DNA of 64,000 bases from the human T2T-CHM13v2.0 reference genome, Homo sapiens. Made by a program: the position numbers and the translations under genes. Under the pieces are notes generated by a model that was given only the letters and a program-made list of their open reading frames with translations, searched no databases and was not told where the DNA came from. Location: NCBI RefSeq assembly GCF_009914755.1, contig NC_060937.1. The stretch is one strand, 5' to 3'. Below are positions 1 to 14,452 of the stretch, one piece after another (within the stretch, counting starts at the first letter, position 1; the number at the start of each line of letters is the position of its first letter).

Positions 1-1003
1 CGTGCCCATCTTTTCCTCTTCCAAGATCAGTTTTATCAACCGTGAAATCTAGGGTGGCCAAAGTGGCATTTAAAGAGACCTTACCTCTCTTGGTCTGTGT
101 TTCTCCAGTGATGCTTATCTACAAAGGGCTTCTTCCGCAACTAGCACTGACCATTAGTCTAATTTTTTAGGACACATGCTATGACATATTTTCTAATGGC
201 CCATTGCAGGAGGCTCTCAAATAATAGTATGTGTGTAGTGACCCTTTCTTCTCTATTTTGTTTTATGAGCAGGAGCTGGACATTAGGATGCACACGAGTC
301 CAAAATTTGGTATCAAAGTAATTAACTCACTTTTGAGTCCCAGCAACAACCACATGGCTGAATGAGTACTGTCAGACAATGTGGCCCAAATGTCACATAC
401 AGCCTTTCTGTCCCTTGAATATTAGCTCAACTTTGATCAAAATGCCCAGCTTCATAGCCCCTGTGAATTGAGCTCTCTCCCTATAATTTTTGTGGATTTT
501 TTTTCTCAAAAAGGGTAACACTGATGTTTGTTGTGGACTCTTGACCTTAATTCCTCTGGTTGCTCTCAGTTCCTATATGGGGATCTGACACCCGAGTTCT
601 GCCCTCTCACAAGTCACTGTACAGACCAAAAATATTTCACTGTTTTCCACAAGAAATGCAATTACATTCGTCAACTTAGTGAATTCAACAATGTGTCTGA
701 AGCTCTAACAGGCTACAGAGAGTATCGTCCCTCACACAGCTTTCCCCATCTCACTGGCTCCCTCCATTAAGTTGATGTATAACCCTTCCTCACACAGTCT
801 ACCCATTGAAAAATAGGATCCAATCCACCTGCTTAATACTGTTTCTTTTTCAGGTAGCCACATCTCCAGGAAAGTCCATTTCCTCTAAGTCCCTTGGAAT
901 TTCAAAACTTAAAAATTTTCTTCAATCACCTACATTACGTTGTTGGGGAAATGCTCCTGCCAACAGCCAACACCTGAAGGGTCAAAGAAAGAAAAATTAA
1001 ATG

Positions 1004-2478
<1,475 letters not shown>

Positions 2479-2843
2479 TGTACACAACAAAGTAATTTTT
2501 TAAAAATAATACATGTTTCTTAGAAGGACTGTTAGTATATAGCTCTTGACAAAGATTAGTTATAATATCAGTTACTATTTCTATTTAACAAATGAGTATC
2601 TATTATGTTCAGGCACAGTACTGTGTGTTAACAGTTCAATAGAAAACAGAGTCCTTCCCTTATGGAGTTGACAAACTAAAAGGAAAAACAAATATTACCA
2701 AAACATGTGATGACTATTATTTTAAAAATAAGTAAATTTTTCATCATCAGAATTGAAGTTTTTACATTGGAAGGAAATACTGGTAATGTTATATTAAAAA
2801 AAAAAAAAAAACACCCTGGATTCCATCTTAGAAATAGAAAAGA

Positions 2844-3155
2844 GGCCAGCTGTGGTGGCTCACGCCAGTAATCCCAACATTTTGGGAGGCAGAAGCGGTC
2901 GGATCGCCTAAGGACAGGAGTTCAAGACCAGCATGGTCAACATGGCGAAACCCCATCTTTACTAAATAGACAAAAATTAGCCAGGCGTGGTGGTGCATGC
3001 CTATAATCCCAGCTACTCGGGAGTCTGAGGCAGGGAGAATTGCCTGAACCTGAGAGGCGGAGGTTGCAGCAAGGCTGAGATCGTGCCACTGCACTCCAGG
3101 CACTCCAGGCTGGGCAACAGAGCAAGACTCTGTCTCAAAACAAAACAAAAAAAAA
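2844..3155 (+). mobile_element. AluS, full length
   Basis: Alu dimer with an A/CAAAA tail, TSD AAATAGAAAAGA, and an internal 9-bp duplication GCACTCCAG x2 at ~3091-3108. Confidence 0.95.
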
Positions 3156-3223
3156 TAGAAAAGAAAAGGTGACTTTTAAGAGCTTCAGTGACTCGTAGAA
3201 AAATATCAAGGAGTCTGATTTTT

Positions 3224-3647
3224 TGTTGTAGTCTGTTTTGCATTGCTGTAAAGGAATACCTGAGGCTGGGTAACCTATAAAGAAAGGTTGATTTGGCTCA
3301 CAATTCACAGGCCGTTCAATAAGCTTGGCACCAGCATCTGCTTCTGGCAGGGAACACAAGAAGCTTTCAAGCATGGTGGAAAGGGAAGGGGGAGCTTTCA
3401 TGTCCCATGGAAAGAGGGGGAGGAAGAGAACAGGGAGGAGGTGCCAGACTCTTTTTCTAACAACCAGTTCTGGGGGGATCTAAGAGAAGAACTCACTCAT
3501 TATCATGGTGATGGTAGGGAAGGCACCAAGCCATGCATGAGGGATCCAACCCCCTGACCCAAATACCTCCCACCAGGTTCCACCTCCAACGTTGGCAATC
3601 AAATTTCAACACAAGATTTAAAGGAGACAAATATCCAAATGATGTCA
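3224..3647 (-). mobile_element. MaLR solo LTR (MST family)
   Basis: Reverse-strand MST signatures: TAGTCTGTTTTGCATTGCTGTAAAGGAATACCTGAGGCTGGGTAA...CACCTCCAAC...ACAAATATCCAAA. Confidence 0.85.
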
Positions 3648-3649
3648 AA

Positions 3650-3860
3650 TACATACATAATTAAAGTCACAGAAGAGAGAAATATTGGAATAGAAAAAAT
3701 TTTTTTAAGAAATATGGTGGCAAATGTTCCAAATTTGACCATAAATATCCACAAACAGATTGAAGAAGACCCAAACAGGATAAAAACAAAGAAAACCAAA
3801 CCTAGGAACATAATAGACAAATTGCTGAAAACCAAAGGTAAAGAAAAAAACTGAAGAACA
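3650..3860 (+). mobile_element. Old L1M fragment (ORF1 region)
   Basis: The ORF at 3639-3854 translates to a degenerate L1 ORF1p-like sequence (NRIKTKKTKPRNIIDKLLKTKGKEK). Confidence 0.65.
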
Positions 3861-5237
3861 GAGTTGGGTCCTATAAAAAAAAAAAAAAAGAAAGAAAAAA
3901 GAAACTAAGTACAGTAAAGAGGACATGTTGGCTCTTTCAAAGCAAGAAGATCAAAGTAAAATAAGTTCCTATGCTTTTGAAGTATGTGTTGACACCAGAG
4001 AAAATGAAATTATTCAATTTTTATCTTGCATATACATTATCAAGGGGAATTAGATGCAAACTGAAAGTGAAGCATAAAGCTCATTAGGATTCGTAGAAGA
4101 CTAAAGACATAATTGTCCATCATGTCTTAATATTATGGCATAACTTTCAGAAGGCAATCTTATGTGTATGGGTCTTTTTAAGTATATATAGGTAAATTAT
4201 CTGTCATCCTGAAATTTAGCCTATGGAAATAATCTAATTGTCTAAGCAGAAGAGAATGATTAAGTAGAATTGTGGTTGAACCACAGGACAGAATGTTATG
4301 CATCATTGTAAAAGATGCTTCAAAAGTATCTATAATAACATAAGAAAGCTTTTATTATAATTTAAAGTAGAAAATAGCAAGGTATACAGCTGTATATGTA
4401 ACATGATTGTAACTACTTTGGTGGAAGATTAAAGCATGTAAAAATACTGAAAAGAAAACAACAAAATGCTAAATAGCAACAGTTTTTTAATGGGGGTTTA
4501 AAGTGCTGTTTTACTTTCTAGTTCTGAGTCCAAATGTTTTCTATTATAAAAATATATTATCCTTACAGTCGTAAGAAGATAATGTTTAAAAGAAATTAAG
4601 TATATTATTTTGTGAAGTACTAGATTTTCTATCACATGATTAATTGAAGATATTTGACTGTCAGCCTGTAATAAACAGGGTTCCTTTACTGGAAAGAAAG
4701 ATATACATAAGGATCTAAGCCCTCCCAATTCTGAGATACCATTAACTCTGATTATTCCATATTTTAAAATTTATAAGTAATTTGGCAATTGAAAAAATGG
4801 TAGTAATTATTTTCTTCTATTCCAAAATTATAGATCAGTCAATAACTTTTTAAAGAAACATACTTTATAAAACGAGATTTTCAAAATCAGAAAGGTCCTC
4901 ATTTGGCCATGCCATCTCTCTGCAGTTCCTGCTTCTGAGCTTTTTCTTCGTGAATAGCAGCTAAGTTTTTCAAAGTTTGACTCTATACATTTGCCCCTAT
5001 TAACTGGCTAATATTTAATACCTAGAGTCTGTGTTTACTGAATTATCCGGTCTAATAATAGATGTAGTTTGGTTTACTCAAACTGAATTGAAAATAACTA
5101 TGAATTCAACTAATTTGTCATATTTTTGGTTTAATCAAATAGCCTGTATGCAATCAATAAATTGATCCAAAAATGTGATCAAACTTGTGTTAAATCTGGT
5201 TAAAATTGTACTCTGAAACAAAAGGCCAGTGGGTCTC

Positions 5238-6454
5238 TGTGGCAGAATGAATTTTGGTGCCTCACCCAGGTTTCCTTTACTAGGGCATACAATATACTCT
5301 CAAAGAAACCAACTAACTACCTACTGGTAAATTGGTGGCATCAGACATCTCCCATTCTGGAAAGGGAAGCAGAGCCTTCTAACCAGGATTGATAAACAGT
5401 ACAGGTTTGCCCTTGTCACCCATAGGTACTGAGCTAGCACCACTATCAAAGGGTTCACGGAATGTGTGATCTACAGTCGTGGAATCTATGTAGTATCACT
5501 CCAGATCGAAGGACCCACTTTATGGCTAAAAGGTGTGGCAATGGGCATATCTATGTGGGGCACACTGTCCTAACACTTTCTACATCATAAAGAAGCTCCC
5601 ATCCAAACAGAGTGATGAACCCATCTCTTAAAGATGTAGCTGAGACACCAGCTTGAAGATGAGATCCTATGAGGATAGGTGCTATTCTTCAGGATTTAGT
5701 AAATTTCTTCAATGAATGTCCATTACGTAGTGCTATGTCTCCAATAGATAGAATACCTTTGAGCAGTTATCAAGTAATGGAAAGGTAGAAGTAGCTCCAT
5801 TCACCTCACTTCTGATGACTCACTTAAAGAATCTGTGTTTCTCATCCCCCTATGTATAAGGCCTAGGAGTCTAGAGGTTCTGATTGCAAGATGGGGAAAA
5901 TGCCCACCCAAAGGACACAGCAAAACTCCAACTAAAGTCAAAGCAATGACTACCACCTAGTCACATTTGGCTTTTTATGTTAATAGGCCATTAGGTAGAA
6001 AAAGGAGCTACTCTTATGGCCAGGAAAATTAACCATCATCATCATGAGGAAGTAGAACTGTCACTTAATAATGAGAACATAAATTAATATGTCTGGTCAC
6101 CTGCCGGTACATCTCTTGGTACATCCGTGCCCATTTATTACTATAAATGGGCAAGTTTAACAACCCCAGTTTCACAAAGGCATGCTAACTGGGAACTCAG
6201 GCCCTGCAGGGATGAAGGCTATATAAACCCAAAATGCAAGCCACCTAGACATCAGCTGGAAGTGCCAGCTGAGGGTAGGAGGATCAGAAATACGTAATAC
6301 AGAGGGGAGATGATGAGTATCAATTGCAGTAGTGGGGGTTGTAGTTTATCTCATCAATCCTTCTATTACATTTCCCTAGGAATTGTGATCTCAGGATTCA
6401 CATGTTTGAAGTGAATTTAATATGCGATGCAAGTGGACCTGGGGAGGGGTGGAC
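5238..6454 (+). mobile_element. Decayed ERVL internal region (ERV3-16A3/ERVL-E-like) with integrase remnant, preceded by a probable 5' LTR stub
   Basis: Remnant translations ASTTIKGFTECVIYSRGI (~5431) and ITPDRRTHFMAK (~5495) resemble the ERVL integrase motif IASDQGTHFTAK; polypurine tract GGGGAGGGGTGGAC at 6441-6454 is directly followed by TG. Confidence 0.75.
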
Positions 6455-7368
6455 TGTGAGGGTGCTGTTTTGATACCCCACCGACATCTCCTTAACCCTT
6501 CTTAGCCAGATCAGAGGATCCATCTCTCAGCTGCTGTGAGTTTTGGCTGCCAAGGACACACGGTTGCCCACCCGCTTCTCTGAAGATCACCCTCTATGAA
6601 TAGGAACTGCCTCACCAGGTGTATGACAGACACACCTGACAGCGATAACTTAAGCATAACCTGAGAATGAATGACCCAATGGCCTAAGAAGACTGTGTGT
6701 TTGGAGTTCTGAGCTATGAAATCAGGAATGGCCAACCTGGAGGTTCATTCCTTATCTATGAGGAATATCTGAACCCCCGGCCCATGCTGTGGAATGCAGA
6801 CTGCACAGGGATTGAGGCCCTTTGTTCTAGGTTAAAGGAAGGTTGCCAGGTGGAGGTTGCTAGGAGGAGGGTGCTATGTGAAAATGCTCTATAAACCGCA
6901 TGTTTTTACAAGTGGTAGTGGTTCTTCTGTCCAGCCCACCACCACTGGGCTGCCCTGTAATTTACCTCAAAAAACCATATGTCTCTTTCACTGGCTCCAG
7001 GTCTTTTTTCAGCCTCTTGAACTTGATGCCATCCCTGTTGAAGTTAGTAGGGGTTCAACATGGCACCAGGGAAGAACTGCATAAATCTCCCCTACCTCCT
7101 AACCCCATGCATCCCACAACATGTGACTGACTGAACTGAAGGTACTAAATACTGCCACCCCTGCCTCAAAGGGAGACAACTTCACAGCCTGTCCCTGAGG
7201 ATCCGTTTTACTTGAGACCACACCATCACTCCACTTTTTCCTCTTCTCCATCCTGCTTCACTCTCAACCTCACAGATTGTTCTGAAAATCGCTTCCTCAA
7301 CAAATCATGTGCCATGATTACAACTACCATATCAAAGGCTCTGCTCCTAAGGAACAGGAACTAAGATA
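6455..7368 (+). mobile_element. LTR16-family ERVL 3' LTR, interrupted by a younger LTR
   Basis: Starts TGTG immediately after the PPT and ends GGCTCTGCT...AACTAAGATA, similar to the LTR16 3' end. Confidence 0.65.
6620..7065 (+). mobile_element. Solo LTR (LTR47-like)
   Basis: TG...CA termini, exact 5-bp TSD CCAGG (6615-6619 / 7066-7070), TATA-like CTATAAA at ~6889; the start resembles the LTR47 consensus. Confidence 0.8.
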
Positions 7369-7369
7369 A

Positions 7370-7556
7370 CCTCAAACTTTATTTTGTATAAGAATCGGTA
7401 ATCAATAGGAGGGTTAATTGAAAATGCAGATTCTTTGACCTTACCTCCGAAGAAGTGAATACACACATGGTGTGCCTGGAGTTGGGTATTTTCAAGAACT
7501 CTGAATATGGATTAAACACAGCAGTCTACTGACCACTCTGAAATCCACTGGTCTAG
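7370..7556. mobile_element. MER5-type hAT-Charlie MITE, degraded
   Basis: CTCAAACTTT...GAAAATGCAGATTC...GAAATCCACTGGTCTAGA motifs. Confidence 0.55.
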
Positions 7557-8526
7557 ATCATCAGTACACACTATCGACAAAGGAAAGCTCTAAGCACCAC
7601 AGACATGGCAATGCTCTCAAGTCAATGCTGAGCATAAGTTTCTCTGCATTTACTCTTGGGTCTTCCATATTCTAACATGTAACAAACCTCTAACCTCAAC
7701 TTTGGGATATGACATTCACTCTACTCATGTTTACGACTTCAAAATGTTAATAAAACATGATAAGTGCAAAAGTCAAAATAAAGTAGGAGAGGTGGCATGA
7801 AAGTAATGGACTGCACATTCTTAATTTAAATCATATATATTTATTCACTCACTCAGTAACTGAATCCTAACCAAATGAATTTGTAATATATTCCAGTCTA
7901 GTTTTGTTAGGATTTGTGCCTTATGTATAATGTGAAAACAAATAAAATATATTGCTAGGTCAACTTGTATTATTCATGCATATAAAGTTCTGTGTATCTG
8001 CCCACACAATTGAGAAGATGCATTACGAAGTCTATTACAATAACCAAAAAAAGGTTATTTGAGTCAAATCAAAACAATAAATAGGCTAGAGAAAAACTGT
8101 AAAATATTTGTTTTACACTTTTCTCCAGTGACACATAAAACATTATCTTCTTCTCTAAGCAATTATGAACATTTCTACTCTGTCATATGGCATAAAGTGG
8201 AGATTTGTTTAAAATCATTTATGTCTGTAAAGTCACACAAGCTTCCTTGTACTTCAGAGAAAGTATATTTTTGATCACTTCAATTGTTAAGAGCTCACAG
8301 TTCTTATTTGTAGTTATACTCAGATACATGAAAATATAGAAGCGGTCTTAACCAACCTCTAATTAACTAATCTATCAGATTCACTACACATTCCATTCCC
8401 TCTATGAAATAGTCCAGCAGTTATTGACAGTATGCAGAATACTCTCGAATGTTAGGTTTCTCTCTACTATGCCCATCCATTTCCTCTCCTCCAGGTGGGT
8501 GGTACAGTCCGTGAAGAGTTAGTTGT

Positions 8527-8670
8527 GCGCCAGGCACGGTGACTCATGCCTGTAATTCCAGCACTTTGGAGGGTCGAGATGGGAGGATCACTTGAGCCCA
8601 GGAGTTCGAGATCAACCTGGGCAATTCAGTGAGACCTTGTCTCTAAATTTAAAAAAATAAAATAAATTAA
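8527..8670 (+). mobile_element. FLAM_C free left Alu monomer
   Basis: Single Alu arm with A-rich tail and an exact 13-bp TSD AAGAGTTAGTTGT (8514-8526 / 8671-8683). Confidence 0.9.
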
Positions 8671-8834
8671 AAGAGTTAGTTGTTTATATTCACAAGGCTT
8701 GTCTGTGATCTCAGTTTTTATTGTATTATTTAATGTTATTACATCAACCTCTAAACACAAGTTCTAAAACAGATGTTTCTTTGAAAACTGAGATGAATAC
8801 TTTGAAGAGACGTGCTAATGTAAAGCTTCTTTTA

Positions 8835-9155
<321 letters not shown>

Positions 9156-9638
9156 TTATAGAGAATTATGAAACGAAAAGAAAAATAGGAAAATTCTAAG
9201 AGAATTTTGTGCTCTCTCAAATTGCTTTCCAGAGGTCTTTAACTTTTTGCTCTTTCTTAAAGAATCCCAAGCTTGGAATTATCAAGGACCCAATATCAGT
9301 GTGGTGTGCACAAGAAATCCTGGCCCTGCAATGAGAATCATACACAAAGGATAGACCTCAGCTCCATCTTACTGGTCAATGAATTCACAAGTATGCACAT
9401 TTATATATGGAGTTTTAAAAGATCGTTAAACCTTTAATCAATGTTCAATAATGTCCTGCTTTAAGTGATTCTTTTTTCCAATTAACTCCCAAATGAGCAG
9501 TCTTAATCACAGCCCCATTAAAAGCTTCTACCATACCAGCTGGCCCTGACAATATAGTCAAGATGAGAAATAAAGTTATACAACTTTTCAAATTTTTTAA
9601 TAAAAAAGTCAAAATAGAGATGTATTCATGGCAGTTCT

Positions 9639-10455
9639 CTCTTTTGCTTTTACATTAACAGATAAAATTGTGTGTATTTACTGTGTACTACATAATATTT
9701 TGTATATATACATTGATGGATGATTAGATTTAGCTAATTAATGTATGCATAACCTCACATACTTATTTTTACGGTGAGAATACATCCACTTTCATAGCAT
9801 TTTTCAAGAATTTAACACATTATTGCACAATAGATCTCTTGTGCAATTTATTCCTCCTGTCTAACTGAATTTTGTATATTTTGACCAACATCTTCCCAAG
9901 CCCCACCCCCAACCACCCTAGCCTCTGGTAACCATTATTCTATCTACTCTCTACTTCTATGAGATAAACATTTTTAGATTCCATGTTTGAATGAGATTAT
10001 GTGGTGTTTGTCTTTCTATGCTTGGCTTATTTCACTTAGCATAGTGTCCTTCAAGCTCATTCATTTGCCATAAATGATAGGATTTCCTTCTTTATGATTG
10101 AATAATATTTCACTGTGTATATACACCACATTTTCTTTAATTATTCATTCATTGACAGACACTTAGATTGATTCCATGTCTTGGCTGTGAATAATGCTGC
10201 AATAAACACAGAAGTGCAGATATCTCTTCTACGTACTGATTTCATTTCCTTTGCATATATACTCAATAGTGGGATTGCTAGAGCACATGGTAGTTCTATT
10301 ATTAATGTTTCGAGGAAACTCCATACTGTTTTTCATAATGGATGTACTAATTTACATTCCCACCAACAGTGTGCAAGGGTTCCCTTTCCTCCACATCCTC
10401 ACCAGCATTTATCTTTTGTCTTTTTAATAACCGCCATTCTAACAGGTGTGCTATC
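9639..10455 (-). mobile_element. 5'-truncated L1MA 3' end
   Basis: Reverse L1 3' ORF2/3'UTR sequence (TTTACATTCCCACCAACAGTG; GCCATTCTAACAGGTGTG) flanked by a 13-bp TSD TCATGGCAGTTCT (9626-9638 / 10456-10468). Confidence 0.9.
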
Positions 10456-11219
10456 TCATGGCAGTTCTTTTAAACAGCTTAACTACATAGAGGGTAAAGC
10501 AAACACTGAGAGGTTCCACGGAGCTGGAGAGAGTCGAAAGTTAATCTTTCATGTGAAGATGCATAAAGGTGCATGATTAAGGGTTTGTTTGTTTTTTAAT
10601 GCAGGCACCTTGTTTAGGAGGCAAAATTTGTGAGGAAAAGCAAACAACACTTCTCTGAGAAGACAGGTATGTCATTCAGACCTGGATTTCTATAGTTCAA
10701 AGAGCATTTAGATGAGAACAAACCGTACAGTTAGAGATCGGTCAAATAACCTTTTATCGCATTAGAATTTGATGTTACTTCAAAGAACAGCGCAGTTTGC
10801 ACATTTACACGGCCTTCCTTAGGTACATGGTTGTTGATTCGGTTTAAGGAGGAAAGGCGAAAAGAAGGGAATTCAGAGAAGCAACCACATTCCAAGCACT
10901 GTTAGGTGCTCCATCTACATTAAGGTATTTAATGTATCTCTATTCTTTACAGCTGAAAAAAGTAACACCAGCTGCAATTACTCTCCCCAGTCATATAACT
11001 TGAAAATATTTGTTTCAGGATTAGAACCCAGGAGTTTTAACACAACATCCTGTGCTTTTTTTCCAATATACTCCTCCACTGAATTCGTTGATTTTCTATC
11101 TACTCCTTTTCTACTTCTTAAAGAAAGAGATTTTGAAAACATGTGGCTTCAAACTGTGCTTCCATCATAATGAGACATTGTACAAACCACTGAAATTTTT
11201 TAAGCCTACTTGATTGCTG

Positions 11220-11603
11220 CTTTTTAAAACAAAATAATCAAAACATAAAAAGGGTAGAGAAAAAGTAATAACACAGTGTACCCAATGCACAATTTTGTTA
11301 TATTTGTATCAGATCTTTTTTAGTCACTAAATAAACATTACATAGATTTGAAGCCCCTTCTCTCTCTAGAGATAACCACTTTCCTGAAGTTTAAATGTAT
11401 CACTCCCCTCCATTGTTTTATATTATATATAATATAAATATAAGTAATATTTGTAAGAGTACTATAAAAATAGCATATATAGTACTAAAATAAATATATA
11501 TATAACAGTACTCTATATAGTACTGTTTGTGTGTTTAAATTTTCCATACATGATATGCTGTACTTACCATTTTGTGATTTTTTTAATTCAGTATGACATT
11601 TTC

Positions 11604-11639
<36 letters not shown>

Positions 11640-12540
11640 AGACAGAGCCTCACTCTGTCTCCCAGGCTGGAGTGCTGTGGTGCAATCTGAGCTCAACCTC
11701 TGCTGCCTGGGTTCAAGCGATTCTCGTGCCTCAGCCCCTCAAGTAGCTGGAATTACAGGCCATGTTGGACAGGTTGGTCTTGAACTCCTAACCTTCAGTG
11801 ATCCGCCTGCCTTGGCCTCCCAAATTGCGAGGATTACAGGTGTGCACCACATGCCTGGCTGGATTTATCCATGTTAATGAATACATATGTAGTAATGTAT
11901 ATAGTTAATTTCAACATTATTTCCTTGTATCAAAATTTATTCATAAATCTGTTCATAGATATTTAAGTAATTTCCAAAATATAGTTTTTAAAAACCATGC
12001 TGCAACAAACAGCATTGCACACTTAGTCAAACACTTCTTTAAGACAGAATGCCGAGCTTCATCTCAGCCTTTCCAGATCATAATCTCCAGGGATAAAACT
12101 GGGAAGATGTATGTTTCACAAGTCCCCCACTCAGCCATTCTGAGTGATTCTTAACCTCAGGGAAGCTTTGGGAAAACCACTTTAGACAGAAGTAAAACTT
12201 GCATCATAGTACGTGCTCATCTTCCACTTTTCAAGATATTGCCAAATTGTTCCCCAAAGTAGAATAATTTACATGCCCACAAACAGGATATGATTGTAAT
12301 TTCCCCACATCATTGTCAACACCTATCATTGTCAAAGTTTAGGTCTTTGCCAGTCTGGTAGAAGTAAAACAGTATTTCATTGTTGTTTTAATTTTCAAGT
12401 TGCTTTCTGTTTACCTGTAAAATTGAGCAAACTTTTACCCATAATTGGCTATTTGAATGTTCTCTGTGAATTGTTTGCCTCTTTTCTAGTGAGTTTTCTC
12501 TTATTGATTTGTAGGAATATATATTCTGGAAACTAAAAAG
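11220..12540 (-). mobile_element. Ancient L1ME 3' fragments, interrupted by an Alu and a MER5-like element
   Basis: Reverse L1 motifs (GAGATAACCACT; GATATTGCCAAATTG; TTTGCCAGTCTG...TATTTCATTGTTGTTTTAATTT); boundaries approximate. Confidence 0.6.
11608..11860 (-). mobile_element. AluS with internal deletion of the central linker
   Basis: 31-nt poly-T tail; GGAATTACAGGC is joined directly to CATGTTGG, so about 50 bp are missing. Confidence 0.9.
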
Positions 12541-12865
12541 TTGAATATTACAAAGCTTAATAAAATAAAAATGAAAAATCCTATGCCCACCCATATCACT
12601 CCTGAATTTTTCTCTTGAGAATGAATCATTTTATATAATTTTAGTGCTTTTTATAATATTTATCTTCATATTTCTAAGAAATATAATTATATATGTGGTT
12701 ATTATTGATTTCCTATATGGAAGGTAAGGGTTTAGCATTCTTGCAACATTACCTTATCCTCCCAATAAAATTATAACTTGATTTCTTCTTAAAAATATTA
12801 TACTTTAGAATGTTATGATCATATAAATATTGATCACTGTCTAGATCATTACTACTATTATCATA

Positions 12866-12897
<32 letters not shown>

Positions 12898-13186
12898 TAG
12901 AGACAAAAGCCTCACTCTGTTGCCCAGGCTGGAGTACAGTGGCAGGATCATGGCTTGCTGCAGCCTCTATCTCCTGGGCTCAAGTGATCCTCCTGAATCA
13001 GCCTCCCCAAGTAGCTGGAACTACAGGTGTGTGCCACTACACCCGGGTGATGGCTAACTTTTTTTTTTAAGAGATTAGGTCTCACTATGTTTCCCAGGCT
13101 AGTCTCTAACTCCTGGACTCAAGGAATCCTCTCACCTCAGACTCTCAAAGTGCTGGAATTATAGGTATGAGCCATTGTACTCAGCT
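12866..13186 (-). mobile_element. AluJ
   Basis: Reverse Alu with J-type CTCCTGGGCTCAAGTGATCCTCC and a T-rich tail. Confidence 0.9.
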
Positions 13187-13479
13187 GTATTTCCTTTTTT
13201 TTTAAAAAACATAACTTTTGTCTTCCTGGAGTTAATAATTGCTTAATTTCTACGTATAGTAGAATATATATGCTTTCCTTTCATTAATTCTCTATAAAGT
13301 TTCCCACCTCTCTCAGTACTATTTTCTACATAAATATATCAAATGATCTTCCTTTTTCTTCTGCACCCCTTTGTGCTTCTGCTCCAGTTTGGACTTCTCA
13401 TTGTTTTAACTGGGTACACAGCTCTCTGTCTGGAACCCCTTATTTTTACCCTGGGAATTCCCTTTGCTACTCCACTCTG

Positions 13480-14060
13480 TGAAATCCTCTGGGTTTGGGG
13501 ATTCTGCCTTGTTTTTTCATGTATTTTATTATTTTAGTGGAGCACATCCTCTAGTACCTTTGTGAGATATTTTTTGACATCTTTCAAATCTGAAAATGTT
13601 TATTCCATTCTCAAAAGTAATATATGCATACAAACCCATAGTTTGGTATACAATTCCGAGGTGAAAATTATTTTTCCTCCTATTTTGGCAGTTTTTCTCC
13701 TTTTTGGCCTGGCTTCCGAAGTTGTTGTTGAAGAGTCTAATATAATTATCATTCACAGTCCTCCATATTTAACCTGTTTTTCTTTTCTCCTCTAAGGGCT
13801 TTTAAATTATTTTCTTATCCCCAGTGTTCTGAAATTTCGTAGTAATGTTTGTGCCTTTTTTGGTCTTTTGTTTGTTCATGATGCTAATCACTTAGGATGG
13901 CTGGCTTGGGCCCCTTTAAATGTAGAAATTTAAGTTCTTTAATTCTGAAAAATCATTTGTGTTATTTGGTTGATAATTTTATACTCTCCGTTTTCTCAAC
14001 ACATGTGCTCTCTCTCTCTCTCTCTCTGGAATTTTGGTTCATTTTATATGGGAACTCATG
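13480..14060 (-). mobile_element. Ancient L1M fragment (ORF1 region)
   Basis: Reverse L1 ORF1-like motifs (TCTGAAAATGTTTATT; GTTCTGAAATTTC); boundaries approximate. Confidence 0.5.
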
Positions 14061-14079
14061 GGATGATCTCCTAATATTC

Positions 14080-14452
14080 TTATTTGCCGATATAACAGAA
14101 TACTATAGACTTAGTTGCTTAATCAACGAATATTTATTTCTCACAGTTCTAGAAAGTGGGAAGCCCAAGATTAAGGTGCTGGTAAATCCATTGTCTGATG
14201 AGGGTCTGCTTCCTGGTTTGCTGACAACAACCTTATCGTTGTATCCTCATATGGTAGAGACAGAGACAAGAAAGAAAGAGTGGAAACAAGCTCTTTCATC
14301 TCTTCCTATAAGGGCATTAATTCTATTTATGTGGGCTCCACTGTTGTGACCTAATTACCTCTCAAAGGCACCAACTCCTAATACCATCAGATTGAGAGTT
14401 AGAATTTCAGCATATGAATTTTGGGAGCATGCAAACATTCAGTCCACAGAAC
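14080..14452 (-). mobile_element. MaLR LTR (MLT1A-like)
   Basis: ATTTATTTCTCACAGTTCTAGAAAGTGGGAAGCCCAAGAT...ACCTAATTACCTC...CAAACATTCAGTCC. Confidence 0.8.

Noticed and set aside
3091-3108. 9-bp duplication within an Alu resembling the AluYb insertion
   Set aside because: The sequence and position differ from the 7-bp Yb8 duplication and the body is AluS-like; this is a private slippage event.
13897-14349. 150-aa ORF
   Set aside because: It spans an L1 remnant, a CT repeat and an MLT1A LTR, so it is a composite of repeats.
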